Of a stretch of DNA of 64,000 nt, positions 39,876-49,154 are shown piece by piece. The stretch is from positions 9,996-73,995 of IMG/VR virus record IMGVR_UViG_3300025631_000005; one strand, written 5' to 3'. This stretch comes from a virus. Lineage: Duplodnaviria; Caudoviricetes. A model generated the notes under the pieces. It was not told where the DNA came from. It did not search any database and saw nothing but the letters and a program-made list of their open reading frames with translations. Numbering within the stretch: the stretch's first letter is position 1; each line of letters opens with the position of its first letter. Position numbers and translations under genes: made by a program.

Positions 39876-40844
39876 ATGGCTGAAACCATTATCGATGTGC
39901 CGGCAGCGAATGTGCTGATACCGACGTTCCGCGGTCGTATGCCCTGCAGGATTAGGTGGAAAGAGAAAGAGCTGCCGTCCGCCAAAGTCAAAATCATTGA
40001 CTTGCCAAAACCGGACGGAGGAACCAGGCGAATCTATTCGCCGGACAGGCACCTGCGATTTCATCTTCGCTACATGGCTAGAGCGTTCAATCGGCTGTTC
40101 GAGCTTATCAAAAGCAACCAGGTGAAAGGGAGCCTGGAGCGCATCGTATTCGAAGCTGTCTGCGCTTTCGTGCGACGAGGCGACCCGGTCTCTGCGGCTT
40201 TAAGACACTCGCCGTATGTCTACACAATCCAAATAGATATCCGACGATGCTTCGATTCGATCACTCCGGATATCCTATCCGCCGGGGTGCACACGTGCCC
40301 GGTTGTCTCCAACTACGCCGGCCCTCTCAGCAGTAACAAGACCGGCTTGTTTATAGACGGCCATCTGCCGCAAGGGTACTCGACCAGCCCGATGCTTTGC
40401 AACTTCGCGCTGCTCGGAGCGGATTACTTCGCCGTCTCGGCGCTGAAAAGCAAGGAATCGAGATTCGTCTACACCAGATACGCCGACGATATTACTGTAT
40501 CGGTGAATAATAAAGATCTTGTAGACTATGCCATCGGCGCTGTTGTAGGGGCGTTGGGCATCTACGGCTTGAGCACAGCAGAAGACAAACTCAAAGTGCA
40601 GTGCGGCCGGTCGAACAGGAGACGGATACTCGGCGTATCCGTAGACGATATGGGCGTTTACCCGACAAGGGAGACGGTCCGTAGACTTCAGCGATTGCAG
40701 CGGGTCGACGCCCGTCGAGGCTATAAAAGCAGTCAAACGCTGGGCCTTGAAGCCTGGGTAAAACACATAACAGATGTCAGGGACCAGTTCCAAATGGAAC
40801 TGCAAGACAAGATTATGCGGGATCTGAGGAGAAATAATGACTAA
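39876..40844 (+). CDS. retron-type reverse transcriptase
   Basis: LPKPDGGTRRIYSP, AALRH (NAxxH-like), IDIRRCFDSI, LPQGYSTSP, YADD at 40479-40490, RILGVSV (VTG-like); 322 aa with no maturase or nuclease domain. Confidence 0.88.
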   Translation: MAETIIDVPAANVLIPTFRGRMPCRIRWKEKELPSAKVKIIDLPKPDGGTRRIYSPDRHLRFHLRYMARAFNRLFELIKSNQVKGSLERIVFEAVCAFVRRGDPVSAALRHSPYVYTIQIDIRRCFDSITPDILSAGVHTCPVVSNYAGPLSSNKTGLFIDGHLPQGYSTSPMLCNFALLGADYFAVSALKSKESRFVYTRYADDITVSVNNKDLVDYAIGAVVGALGIYGLSTAEDKLKVQCGRSNRRRILGVSVDDMGVYPTRETVRRLQRLQRVDARRGYKSSQTLGLEAWVKHITDVRDQFQMELQDKIMRDLRRNND

Positions 40845-41061
40845 AAACAATGTGAAGGTCGAGAAAATCACCCTCTCGCAAGGGCGTACCACCGTAATAA
40901 AAGTCGGCGGCCAAGAGGTCGCCATTACCCCGGTGAAGCTGAGAGGCAACCGGGCATCGCTTCGCGTCAAATGTTCAGAAGGCGTCACTGTGAGCCATCT
41001 TGACGACGATGATGAACCTTACAACGGAGAGTCTTACAACAATGATGACAACAATGGGTAA
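40837..41061 (+). CDS. CsrA-like small protein
   Basis: ITLSQGRTTVIKVGGQEVAITPVKLRGNRASLRVKCSEGVTV resembles the CsrA beta pattern; overlaps RT stop. Confidence 0.5.
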   Translation: MTKNNVKVEKITLSQGRTTVIKVGGQEVAITPVKLRGNRASLRVKCSEGVTVSHLDDDDEPYNGESYNNDDNNG

Positions 41062-41203
41062 AGGACGATTGCTCGTTTTGTCCATGAATGGAGAACGTGT
41101 CTCCATTCGCATTCTAGACATTATTAAAAAGGTTCCCAATTCGCAGAAAGCGGAGTGGAACAAGAACAAGGTCGTAGTGCAGGTTGAACGCGAGAAAGAA
41201 TGA
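41054..41203 (+). CDS. small basic protein
   Basis: In-frame ATG 41054 overlapping upstream stop. Confidence 0.4.
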   Translation: MGKGRLLVLSMNGERVSIRILDIIKKVPNSQKAEWNKNKVVVQVEREKE

Positions 41204-41239
41204 CTCTACACCACAATTGACCCTGGATAGGAGGACTCA

Positions 41240-42409
41240 ATGGGGGAGTTCGGCGCTATTGAGCTTGCAAGTATATTGATGCAAGCTAAATACGGTCGCA
41301 ATGATAAGTCGCGGTTGGTTCCTTATATTGTCGGAGACCCCGGCGTCGGGAAGACCAGCACCATTGAGCAGTTGGGAAAGTCGTTCGAGGCCGTCTATGG
41401 TACTGAGGTGCCTGTGATCACGATTAACCCACACATGTACGACCCGTTCGAAGTGTGCGGGTTGCCTGCGATCGTGAATGACAGCTACAAAATCACAGCG
41501 CCGCCGTGGTTTACGGATATTCGGGACTATGACGGGCCGGCGATTCTTCTACTGGATGAGATATCATCCTTGTCGACGGCTTTGCAATCGAAGCTGTTGA
41601 GATTGCTCGCACACGGCGAGCTGAATTACAAGTTGGGTTTGCCGGCTACGACGATGGTGATTGCGGCCGGCAACCCGTCACAGACGGCGACGGATGCATT
41701 CCTGTTCGATCCGGCATTCTCAGCCCGGTTGTGCTTTATAAAATGGGATGCGCAATCCAGCTTCGATTACTGGATGAGAGGCATGATCTCTGGATGCCAG
41801 TTCGAGCCGCCGACCATTCCTGTACTGCCGGCCGACTGGAAGAAACTGCTGCCGATCTGGGGCGCCTGCATCGCGGGGTTCGTCCGAAGCCATATGGAGT
41901 TTGAATGCCATCCGAGTGAAGGCAACGAACCCTGGCCGACCAGACGGACCTGGACCTACGGTGCGGTCGCCTGCGCCGCTGTTGAAGCCTGCGGGGGCAG
42001 CAACGAAGAGATCGGTATGGTGCTGACCGGCTGCGTCGGGCAAAAGGCCGCGGGAGCGCTTATGAGCTGGAAAGAGGTGCAATCGGTCGTCGACGTGGAA
42101 GAGCTGCTGCAGGACGCTGTCCGCAGGGTACAGAATGGCAAAAAGGTCTTGTTGCCGGAAGCCGCCGTCAGACGATTGGACATCGTTTTCGCCATCGTCG
42201 CGGCTCTTCTGAGCTGCCTGTATCGCGATACGACTGATGATCGCTATAATGCTGTCTGCGCGCTGCTGACGGCGATGTGTGACGCCGGCTTTTCCGAGGC
42301 TGCGACTTACGGCGCCATTGCGCTGTTCGAGCAGCACCGTCGCAAACTGCCTGCCGACCTGCTTAAACGGTTGCAGACGGTTCACAGTTACATACCGTTC
42401 AAGTCTTAG
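41240..42409 (+). CDS. MoxR-like AAA+ ATPase
   Basis: GDPGVGKT, LLLDEI, AAGNP, DPAFSARL, PTRRTW; GGAGG RBS. Confidence 0.88.
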   Translation: MGEFGAIELASILMQAKYGRNDKSRLVPYIVGDPGVGKTSTIEQLGKSFEAVYGTEVPVITINPHMYDPFEVCGLPAIVNDSYKITAPPWFTDIRDYDGPAILLLDEISSLSTALQSKLLRLLAHGELNYKLGLPATTMVIAAGNPSQTATDAFLFDPAFSARLCFIKWDAQSSFDYWMRGMISGCQFEPPTIPVLPADWKKLLPIWGACIAGFVRSHMEFECHPSEGNEPWPTRRTWTYGAVACAAVEACGGSNEEIGMVLTGCVGQKAAGALMSWKEVQSVVDVEELLQDAVRRVQNGKKVLLPEAAVRRLDIVFAIVAALLSCLYRDTTDDRYNAVCALLTAMCDAGFSEAATYGAIALFEQHRRKLPADLLKRLQTVHSYIPFKS

Positions 42410-42423
42410 ATTATGGAGCAGTT

Positions 42424-43752
42424 ATGGAGAGTAAGGAGTACCATTTCGCAATAGCCGGAGCGAAGCAATGGCTCATACGGAAGCTGCCGGCCCTAGGCTG
42501 GTTCATTGAAACGCTTCCGTGCGTCGTCACCAAATCGTGCCCAGGCGTAGCCGCGTCAAAAAACGGGGTGGTGTATGTCCATCCGATCGTCATCGACGAG
42601 CATGTCGCCATTCTGCCTTTCCTTTTGATGAGGGAGATGGCTCAGATACTTCTGAATCACAGTAAAAGAAGGGCTTTCTCAGGCATACCGCCGACGGTAT
42701 GGACTCCGGCAGCCAGAATGGCGATCTATTGTCTGCTCGGCTCGGCTTGTATGCTACCGGCTCGTACGAAGGCGGAGCAGATCGGCCTGTTGGATCCGAG
42801 CGATTTCAATATGCCGACCGGCTGTAATGCGGAGCATTACGCCGACCTCATAATGAGCAACTCGCTGTCTTTCGACTTCGCTGGGCCCGGCGAAAACGAC
42901 AAATCCGAAGGAACGGATACTGGCGAGAAAGAAAGCGGCTCTGCAGGGAGCAGTAAAAACGCCGATGCTGAAGACGACCAAGACGGCGGGACGGCTGAAA
43001 TCGACCTGAAGGCCGGCGGCAGCGCTGAGGACGGCTTGCGACGGCCGTGGGAGACGCAAGAGGACCGGGCGCGGCCTGCGTTCTGTATGCAGCTCTCCAT
43101 CGAGGAAGCCCAACAAGCTATGCGAGGCGCGATCGGCGCCGGCTTCGACCGGCTGCTGGGCCAGTACGCCGGGAAAGTGGAGGGAGCTTCCAAGTTGCTC
43201 CAGCTGATCAAGCCCGACGTCGAGTTCGGTCGTGGGCAGACGCAGGAGTACAACTATTCGAAAATCGCGAGGCGGTCGCAGCTCGGGTACGGTTATGCGG
43301 TCGGCAGACCGAGAGCGCTCCTACCCCGTATGGACACGCGCAGCTACAAGGCGGCGATACTGATTGATACATCCGGCAGTATGTCGGAAGAGCAAGAGCT
43401 GGCAAAAGTCGCCAAGCTGGTATGGGCGATGGCGTCCTTGAGAGCTGGGCTGTTTCACGTGTTCGTCGGAGACACAGAAGTAAAGGCAAGCACTGTGCTC
43501 CGTACGGCCAAGGAAAAGCTCAAGTTCAAAGGAGGCGGCGGAACCTCTCTGGACCAGATAATCAATCAAGTGCTTCAGACGATTCCGGAACGCCCGATCC
43601 AGCTGATCATATTCACGGACGGCTGGACGCCGTGGCCAGCCCAACGACCGTCCGGCGTGTTCGCGAAAGTCGTACTGACCAAAGACCCCTCCAGTTACTA
43701 TCCGGTCCCGGACTGGATGGAGACATACAAACTGGAGGAATTCATAGCGTGA
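42424..43752 (+). CDS. vWA-domain protein with N-terminal metallopeptidase-like domain (DUF2201 type), HExxH degenerate
   Basis: IDTSGSMS, GGGGT, IFTDG; LMREMAQILLNHSKRR where HExxH is expected. Confidence 0.85.
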   Translation: MESKEYHFAIAGAKQWLIRKLPALGWFIETLPCVVTKSCPGVAASKNGVVYVHPIVIDEHVAILPFLLMREMAQILLNHSKRRAFSGIPPTVWTPAARMAIYCLLGSACMLPARTKAEQIGLLDPSDFNMPTGCNAEHYADLIMSNSLSFDFAGPGENDKSEGTDTGEKESGSAGSSKNADAEDDQDGGTAEIDLKAGGSAEDGLRRPWETQEDRARPAFCMQLSIEEAQQAMRGAIGAGFDRLLGQYAGKVEGASKLLQLIKPDVEFGRGQTQEYNYSKIARRSQLGYGYAVGRPRALLPRMDTRSYKAAILIDTSGSMSEEQELAKVAKLVWAMASLRAGLFHVFVGDTEVKASTVLRTAKEKLKFKGGGGTSLDQIINQVLQTIPERPIQLIIFTDGWTPWPAQRPSGVFAKVVLTKDPSSYYPVPDWMETYKLEEFIA

Positions 43753-43753
43753 G

Positions 43754-43801
43754 CCGTACAGCAAGCAGGCAGTCCGGTCTGCTGGTATCCTTCATGTATG
43801 G
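43754..43801 (+). ncRNA. minimal retron-like element (copy R1)
   Basis: IR CCGTACA/TGTATGG, AGC with G43761, hairpin GCAGGC-AGTCCG-GTCTGC, only ~12 nt of body. Confidence 0.5.
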
Positions 43802-43821
43802 AGTGTGACATCGGAGAATAC

Positions 43822-43968
43822 TCGACCATGCAGCGTGGCGGGCAGTCGAGCCCGCCGGTAAAGGATCGAAACTGCATTCAGTTGCAGCCTGCGCTCGGGG
43901 CGAAAGCTCCACACTGGTTTCGCTTTCGCCCCTCGCTCCGCCCAACTGAGCAGCTTGTGCATGGTTGA
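43822..43968 (+). ncRNA. retron-like msr/msd ncRNA (copy R2)
   Basis: IR TCGACCATGCA/TGCATGGTTGA, AGC with G43833, hairpin GGCGGGC-AGTCGA-GCCCGCC, 11-bp body hairpin GGGGCGAAAGC/GCTTTCGCCCC. Confidence 0.75.
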
Positions 43969-43970
43969 TG

Positions 43971-44010
43971 AGTCGGCCGGCGCTGAACCGCGCCGGCCGA
44001 CTTCTTTTTT
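43971..44010 (+). terminator. intrinsic terminator directly after R2
   Basis: 13-bp perfect stem AGTCGGCCGGCGC/GCGCCGGCCGACT + TCTTTTTT. Confidence 0.85.
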
Positions 44011-44059
44011 ATAGTGACTGAGGTTCGAATGCGGTCCAGAGATGTCTTAGGAGGCGACA

Positions 44060-45223
44060 ATGAGGTTCTATCTGAGATCCGCCAAATACTACCCGCAATT
44101 CGTTGCAGCGTTGAGCGGATATAGACAGGCCGAATCAGAAGGGCCGTACATGGCCATTATGAGGAGTTTTGTAAAAGCGGAATCTCGGGAAGAGTTCCTG
44201 AAACGCTGTGCGAATTACAATGGGCTTCGAACCAAGGTCAATAAGGTTATTGCCCATGTCTTTCCTTCTATCGTCCCGACACAGCATACGAAATTCGGGG
44301 TGATCGAGCTTCAAGATTGCTACGCAGCGCTCAGTAAGTCGGCTATAGACAAGTTCGCAAAGATGATACCGGAGCGGTATCTGATCGAATCGGCTTTGGC
44401 GAACTGCATCGACTACGTTCCAGAGCCGCTTATGGAGTGTATACATACCTGCCGACCGATACCCGATGAGGCGATCAGATCTGTAGAATCCGACGGCAAA
44501 CTCCGTGCGGAGATCAGGCAGCGCGTTCTGGAGACATTTGCTTCCGGCGGGGCGGTGCGTCTGAATTTCTCGGTTGTCGGCCGTGTTATTCCTTGGGAAG
44601 AGCTGGCTGTCGCAACAGTGCTGGCCATGAGAGATATCGACTTCGTCCCGCCCTCGCACTGGTATTTCCTCCTGTCTGATCTGCCGCCGCACTGCAGTTT
44701 CGGTTGGGCGATCGTCAAACTGTTCCCGGAGCTCAGGCTGGATTTCTCGGCGATATCGCAGATCTGCTGCTGCAATAACTTTCCGAGTATATTGCGGCGA
44801 TTGGATCTGGCCGGCTTCTACCAGGCTGCGTTTTTCATCGACCGGCGCAACTATATGGACAGCCAAGGCTCGGACTCAAGTGAGACTGTCGGACTCGCGG
44901 GAGCTGAAGACGTGATCGAGAAGGCGGCTTACTACTACGGATTGAGCTGCGCCTGCCGCCATCGGGACATAATCGTTATGGAAGCTCTGGAGCGAGGACT
45001 GATCGAAACGGCGGCCAGAGCCGCCTTCCACTATGCGGACATATTGTCAGCGAAGGCGATAGCCGCTCTGCGGGACTGCAAGGCTACAAGGCCTGTCGCC
45101 GACATGGTGGAGAAGTTGCAGTCTTGGCAGCCGCGGCGAGGGAATAACGTGCCAGCCGTCAAATTCCAGAGCCATCTGTCATCGTCAAGATCGAAGGAAA
45201 CTGTCGATGAAGCCAGTTCTTGA
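44060..45223 (+). CDS. hypothetical protein, cassette gene A1
   Basis: AGGAGG RBS; MRFYLRSAKYY, SDLPPHCSFGW, ICCCNNF, SCACR shared with 46633-47817. Confidence 0.8.
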   Translation: MRFYLRSAKYYPQFVAALSGYRQAESEGPYMAIMRSFVKAESREEFLKRCANYNGLRTKVNKVIAHVFPSIVPTQHTKFGVIELQDCYAALSKSAIDKFAKMIPERYLIESALANCIDYVPEPLMECIHTCRPIPDEAIRSVESDGKLRAEIRQRVLETFASGGAVRLNFSVVGRVIPWEELAVATVLAMRDIDFVPPSHWYFLLSDLPPHCSFGWAIVKLFPELRLDFSAISQICCCNNFPSILRRLDLAGFYQAAFFIDRRNYMDSQGSDSSETVGLAGAEDVIEKAAYYYGLSCACRHRDIIVMEALERGLIETAARAAFHYADILSAKAIAALRDCKATRPVADMVEKLQSWQPRRGNNVPAVKFQSHLSSSRSKETVDEASS

Positions 45224-46379
45224 CACGCTCTATGAGTCGCCTGGTGAGGTAAAGTTTGCGGACGCGCCGGATACGCCCCTTGTGGCCGCCTGGTTTGCGC
45301 CGAAGACTGTTGAGGATGTCGTCTACAAGAGCAGACAGCACCCATATTTCGGTATTGTTAACTATTTCAGGCTGTTGCCCGAAGAAGTCCGACTGGAGTT
45401 CATTAGGAACTACCCGACGACCTTATTGGTGACGGAGTCGTCGTTTATGACGAAAGAAGAGCTGCTGATGGCGGCCAGGCTGTCGCCTGTGACGGCTCTA
45501 CAGACTGTTCCGCACCGATTCAGTCCGGAAGAGGCTGCAGAGTTGCTTGAGATAGTGGCTAAATTCGGCAAAACAGCGCTGGTCAGAGGTACGTATTGCA
45601 ACCCGTACATAGCGGCTGTACTGCTGGGCTTGTCGCGTGTTCGGAAGAACGAAAGCCTGGCAAAACGCTTGACCGACCAGTATCCGCTGTTGGCCGCAAT
45701 AGCAGCTATCGCGGATCCGGAATGGAAGGTCGATCCGAAGTTCCCGAAAGAGGATTTTACGGAATATATATCGCATCTTGACAGGCAGCAACTCTTCGAA
45801 AGAGATGAATATCTTACCGACTGCCTTTATGCATTCCGTAACGCCGAAATCCATCGGTATACATGGTGCGAACGTCACTCTGGTTTGTACCGAAGACTGT
45901 GGGGTAAACCAAGTACGATATTCGAGCCGTTCAACATCTGGGTCGACTTGCCCAGGCTTGTGTTGGACTCCCATGATATCGGAGAGTATCTGACGGATGA
46001 CGAGTTCTATCATTGGTGTGTGCGTGTGAAATCTGTGTATGAGTCGGTGGACTGGAGAACGGACGCTTCCGTCCGTTACGACCACTTTCCGGACTACAGA
46101 CACTGCCCAAGCTCCAGTTTTCCGAGCCATACTAGCATGTTAGTCAGTTCTCCCCTTTTCCTGGTACCGCCGCAAGATCCGCAAAAGCTGAATGAGTTGT
46201 TGTCCCAGGCGGTCAACCTTATTAAGTCTGCTAGACCTGACTACATTCTATCGCAAGCGGAGTCGTACCTTATTACCAACCCCAAGCTGCTGGATATGTT
46301 ACGTCCTCTGTTGGATGAAGATGACTATGACACTATCAATACGGCGCTTGTCATCCTGCGATTAAAACGCGGCGGGTAG
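45207..46379 (+). CDS. hypothetical protein, cassette gene B1
   Basis: AAWF..VVYKSRQ.PYFG, AARLSPV, RYDHFP shared with 48017-49147. Confidence 0.8.
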   Translation: MKPVLDTLYESPGEVKFADAPDTPLVAAWFAPKTVEDVVYKSRQHPYFGIVNYFRLLPEEVRLEFIRNYPTTLLVTESSFMTKEELLMAARLSPVTALQTVPHRFSPEEAAELLEIVAKFGKTALVRGTYCNPYIAAVLLGLSRVRKNESLAKRLTDQYPLLAAIAAIADPEWKVDPKFPKEDFTEYISHLDRQQLFERDEYLTDCLYAFRNAEIHRYTWCERHSGLYRRLWGKPSTIFEPFNIWVDLPRLVLDSHDIGEYLTDDEFYHWCVRVKSVYESVDWRTDASVRYDHFPDYRHCPSSSFPSHTSMLVSSPLFLVPPQDPQKLNELLSQAVNLIKSARPDYILSQAESYLITNPKLLDMLRPLLDEDDYDTINTALVILRLKRGG

Positions 46380-46412
46380 CATCGTCGGACCGCAAAGCAA
46401 AATAATAACATC

Positions 46413-46557
46413 GACCATGCAGCGTGGCGGGCAGTCCAGCCCGCAAGGAGAGGGATGAATTCAAGGAATCAGACCCCTCGGCGACAGCAAGACTCCGGAG
46501 GGTCCTCCTCCGCTTGGACTGTCGCCTCGGGGTCTTCTCCGTATCTTGTGCATGGTC
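46413..46557 (+). ncRNA. retron-like msr/msd ncRNA (copy R3)
   Basis: IR GACCATGCA/TGCATGGTC, AGC with G46422, hairpin GCGGGC-AGTCCA-GCCCGC, long body hairpin AGACCCC..GGCGACAG/CTGTCGCC..GGGGTCT. Confidence 0.78.
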
Positions 46558-46559
46558 TA

Positions 46560-46600
46560 AGACCGGTCGGCTGGGTTATCAGCCGACCGGTCTCTTTTTC
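46560..46600 (+). terminator. intrinsic terminator directly after R3
   Basis: 14-bp perfect stem AGACCGGTCGGCTG/CAGCCGACCGGTCT + CTTTTT. Confidence 0.85.
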
Positions 46601-46632
46601 TAGCTGCTGTTGCCCGTAAAAAGGAGTCGGCT

Positions 46633-47817
46633 GTGAGATTCTACCTTAGAGCAACCAAGTACTACCAATATCTCGTTGCAGCGATTGAGGGGTATAACGG
46701 ACTCGGGATGAGCAATCAGTATGCGGACGTCATGCTGGCTTTCGTCAGAAGCAAATCTCGTAAAGAGTTCTTAGAGAGCTGCACAAAAATAGGCGGGATG
46801 CGGAGCATAGCCAACAGTATCATTTTTCATATATTCCCGTCTATAATGCCGTCTCAGTCTACGGCTCTTACAGAGACCGCGATTGTCGATTGCTACGCGG
46901 CGCTCAGCTTGTCGTCTATGGACAAGGCGGCGGAGGATGCTCCGGAGCATGAAATACTCCGCGAAGCCCTTGCAAACTGCGTGGATTGCTACACTCCGAG
47001 GACCCTAATGCCGTACCTACATGTCTGTCAACCGATCTCGGAGGATGTAATCCGTTCGGTGGAGTCGGACGCCTCGTTTCGAGCCGAGATCAAACGGCAG
47101 ATTATTGAGGCGTTCGTGTCCAACGGGGCTAAACAGTTGAATTTCGAGTTCGCCTATGACACGATTCCGGCGGAATATCTGGCTGTCGCGACGGCGATGG
47201 CGTTGAAAGAAATAGACTGGATCTGCCCGTCGCATTGGTTCTTTATTCTGAGCGACCTACCGCCGCATTGCAGCTTCGGCTGGGCGCTGACTCAACTGTA
47301 CCCGGAGCTCAAAATGAACTTTTCAGCCGTATCCCAGATATGCTGTTGCAACAACTTCCCTGCTATGGTGAAACAGCTGGATATGGCCAGTTTCTACCAG
47401 ACGCGGCCGTTTATACATCACCATCAACTGCAAGGCACAAAGATGCGGGTCATAAAAACCCGTCAGGAACGAAAGATTCCGAAGAATGTGCCGACCGATA
47501 AAGAGCTGGTTTTCAGCGGCGATATGACCGAATACAGCCACTATTACGCTTGGAGCTGCGCTTGCCGCGGGCGGAACCTGCTTGTTCTGAGAGCCTTGGA
47601 GCAGGGTATGTTCGAGACCGCCGGCAGAGCTGCTTTCCACTATGCGGATATATTGTCCAAAGAAGCGATCACCGCTTTGCGAGACTGCACGACGACCAGA
47701 CCGATCTCTGAGCTGGTGGAGAAGTTGCAGTCCTGGCAACCGCAAAGCGGGAAACAGGTGCCGGCTGTCATGGTTTACGAGAAAAAGCGTTCCGAGTCGA
47801 AAGAGCAGTCCGTATGA
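46633..47817 (+). CDS. hypothetical protein, cassette gene A2
   Basis: AAGGAG RBS, GTG start; paralog of 44060-45223. Confidence 0.8.
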   Translation: MRFYLRATKYYQYLVAAIEGYNGLGMSNQYADVMLAFVRSKSRKEFLESCTKIGGMRSIANSIIFHIFPSIMPSQSTALTETAIVDCYAALSLSSMDKAAEDAPEHEILREALANCVDCYTPRTLMPYLHVCQPISEDVIRSVESDASFRAEIKRQIIEAFVSNGAKQLNFEFAYDTIPAEYLAVATAMALKEIDWICPSHWFFILSDLPPHCSFGWALTQLYPELKMNFSAVSQICCCNNFPAMVKQLDMASFYQTRPFIHHHQLQGTKMRVIKTRQERKIPKNVPTDKELVFSGDMTEYSHYYAWSCACRGRNLLVLRALEQGMFETAGRAAFHYADILSKEAITALRDCTTTRPISELVEKLQSWQPQSGKQVPAVMVYEKKRSESKEQSV

Positions 47818-48017
47818 CAGCGTCACTTTTGGGGCAGTCGTATGAGCTGAAAGCTCATATCGAGGCGCGCGATTCGTCGAACAGCTCTCTGACAGCCGCT
47901 TGGTTCGAGCCGGCGGTCCTGGGCGACGTTGTGTACAAGAGCAGGCAAAGCCCATATTTCGGGGCCTGTTATTATTTCAGAATACTGTCCGCTGTTTCAG
48001 GCGAGAGGGATAAATAA
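47814..48017 (+). pseudogene. truncated N-terminal duplicate of gene B
   Basis: AAWFEPAVLGDVVYKSRQSPYFGACYYF matches B N-terminus, then stops at 67 aa. Confidence 0.65.
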
Positions 48018-49147
48018 TGAGCTTCAAGAGTTTGCTGACAGCCAAGTTCTATAATCTGAACGATTATATCAGAACAGACACGTCGCCGAACAGCCCTCTA
48101 ATGGCCGCCTGGTTCGAGCCGGAGACGCTGGACGACGTCGTGTACAAGAGCAGGCAGAGCCCATGTTTCGGGATTTGCTACTACTTCACAGTGCTTCCGG
48201 CCGACGTAAGAATGGAGCTCATTAGGAGCTACCCTACGACGGTACTGTCTGTACGGGCCAGGGATATGACCAGGAGCGAGCTGATGACGGCGGCAAGGCT
48301 GTCGCCTGTTTTCGCTCTTAGTACGGCGCCGTACCGCTTTCGACCGGAGGAGGCCGCCGAGCTGCTGCGATGCATTCTGAGGAGCGGGAAGGCGGTGCTG
48401 ACCTGTCGTGCGGAATCTTACCTGTTGGCCATAATGTACGGGCTCGCGTGCGCGAGAAAGAACAAGGAGATGGCGGAGAGCCTTGTCAACAGCAGTCCTG
48501 TGTTAGCTGCAGTGGTTTCTGTTGCGGACCCGGAATGGCGCATCGAGCCTGATCCTTCTGTGCGGGAATTTCGTGCTGAGTTTATCGAGTGCCTCGCCGG
48601 CTTACGGTCCTCTGCTATCCGTTCCAACAAATACTCCAAACCTGTTGGATATCTTGCGAGCGCCGATCTGCGTAAGGAAAGCCGGTATAACGCCTGGTGG
48701 GAAACACCTATTCTGGTGTTCGAGCCGTTCCATATCTGGATCGACTTCCCGTCGGTTGCCGACCCGTCGATGAAATACGATGTCAGCGGGAATATAGGCA
48801 ACAACGGATTCGTCAACACGCTGGATATACTCGACCCGCGCGTAGCGACCGGCTACAAGACGAAGTATAACTGGCGGTACGATCATTTCCCTTCCGAAAA
48901 GAGCTTTGTTTATGCCTCGTTGGCGTCGCTTCCTCCGATGGATTCGAGCCGGCTGCGCGATCTGCTTATGTGGTTACTCGACCCGTCGGACCGATCTGCG
49001 AGAAAAGCGAAGATCAAGGTTAGGCATAATAGGTTCTTCTCCGAAAGCACGAAGTTTTTGAGACTACTGCGGCCGATTATGACCAAAGACGACTACGAGA
49101 CGGTCGTTACCGCAATCACGATAGCGAAACTGGAAGGCACGGTGTGA
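48017..49147 (+). CDS. hypothetical protein, cassette gene B2
   Basis: Paralog of 45207-46379. Confidence 0.8.
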   Translation: MSFKSLLTAKFYNLNDYIRTDTSPNSPLMAAWFEPETLDDVVYKSRQSPCFGICYYFTVLPADVRMELIRSYPTTVLSVRARDMTRSELMTAARLSPVFALSTAPYRFRPEEAAELLRCILRSGKAVLTCRAESYLLAIMYGLACARKNKEMAESLVNSSPVLAAVVSVADPEWRIEPDPSVREFRAEFIECLAGLRSSAIRSNKYSKPVGYLASADLRKESRYNAWWETPILVFEPFHIWIDFPSVADPSMKYDVSGNIGNNGFVNTLDILDPRVATGYKTKYNWRYDHFPSEKSFVYASLASLPPMDSSRLRDLLMWLLDPSDRSARKAKIKVRHNRFFSESTKFLRLLRPIMTKDDYETVVTAITIAKLEGTV

Positions 49148-49154
49148 AACAAAC

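Noticed and set aside
39876-40844. RT as part of a diversity-generating retroelement
   Set aside because: No TR/VR pair differing only at adenines found by eye, no Avd-like gene recognised, and motifs are retron-like
39876-40844. RT as a group II intron ORF
   Set aside because: Too short, no maturase/endonuclease domain, no domain V/VI structure seen, flanking genes intact
44024-44040. GGTTCGAAT as a tRNA T-loop
   Set aside because: No T-stem pairing or cloverleaf; no tRNA supported in the window
46455-46470. GAATTCAAGGAATC in R3 as a copy of the palindrome (msDNA decoy for its binder)
   Set aside because: Only 5-6 nt matches; no msd body contains the palindrome
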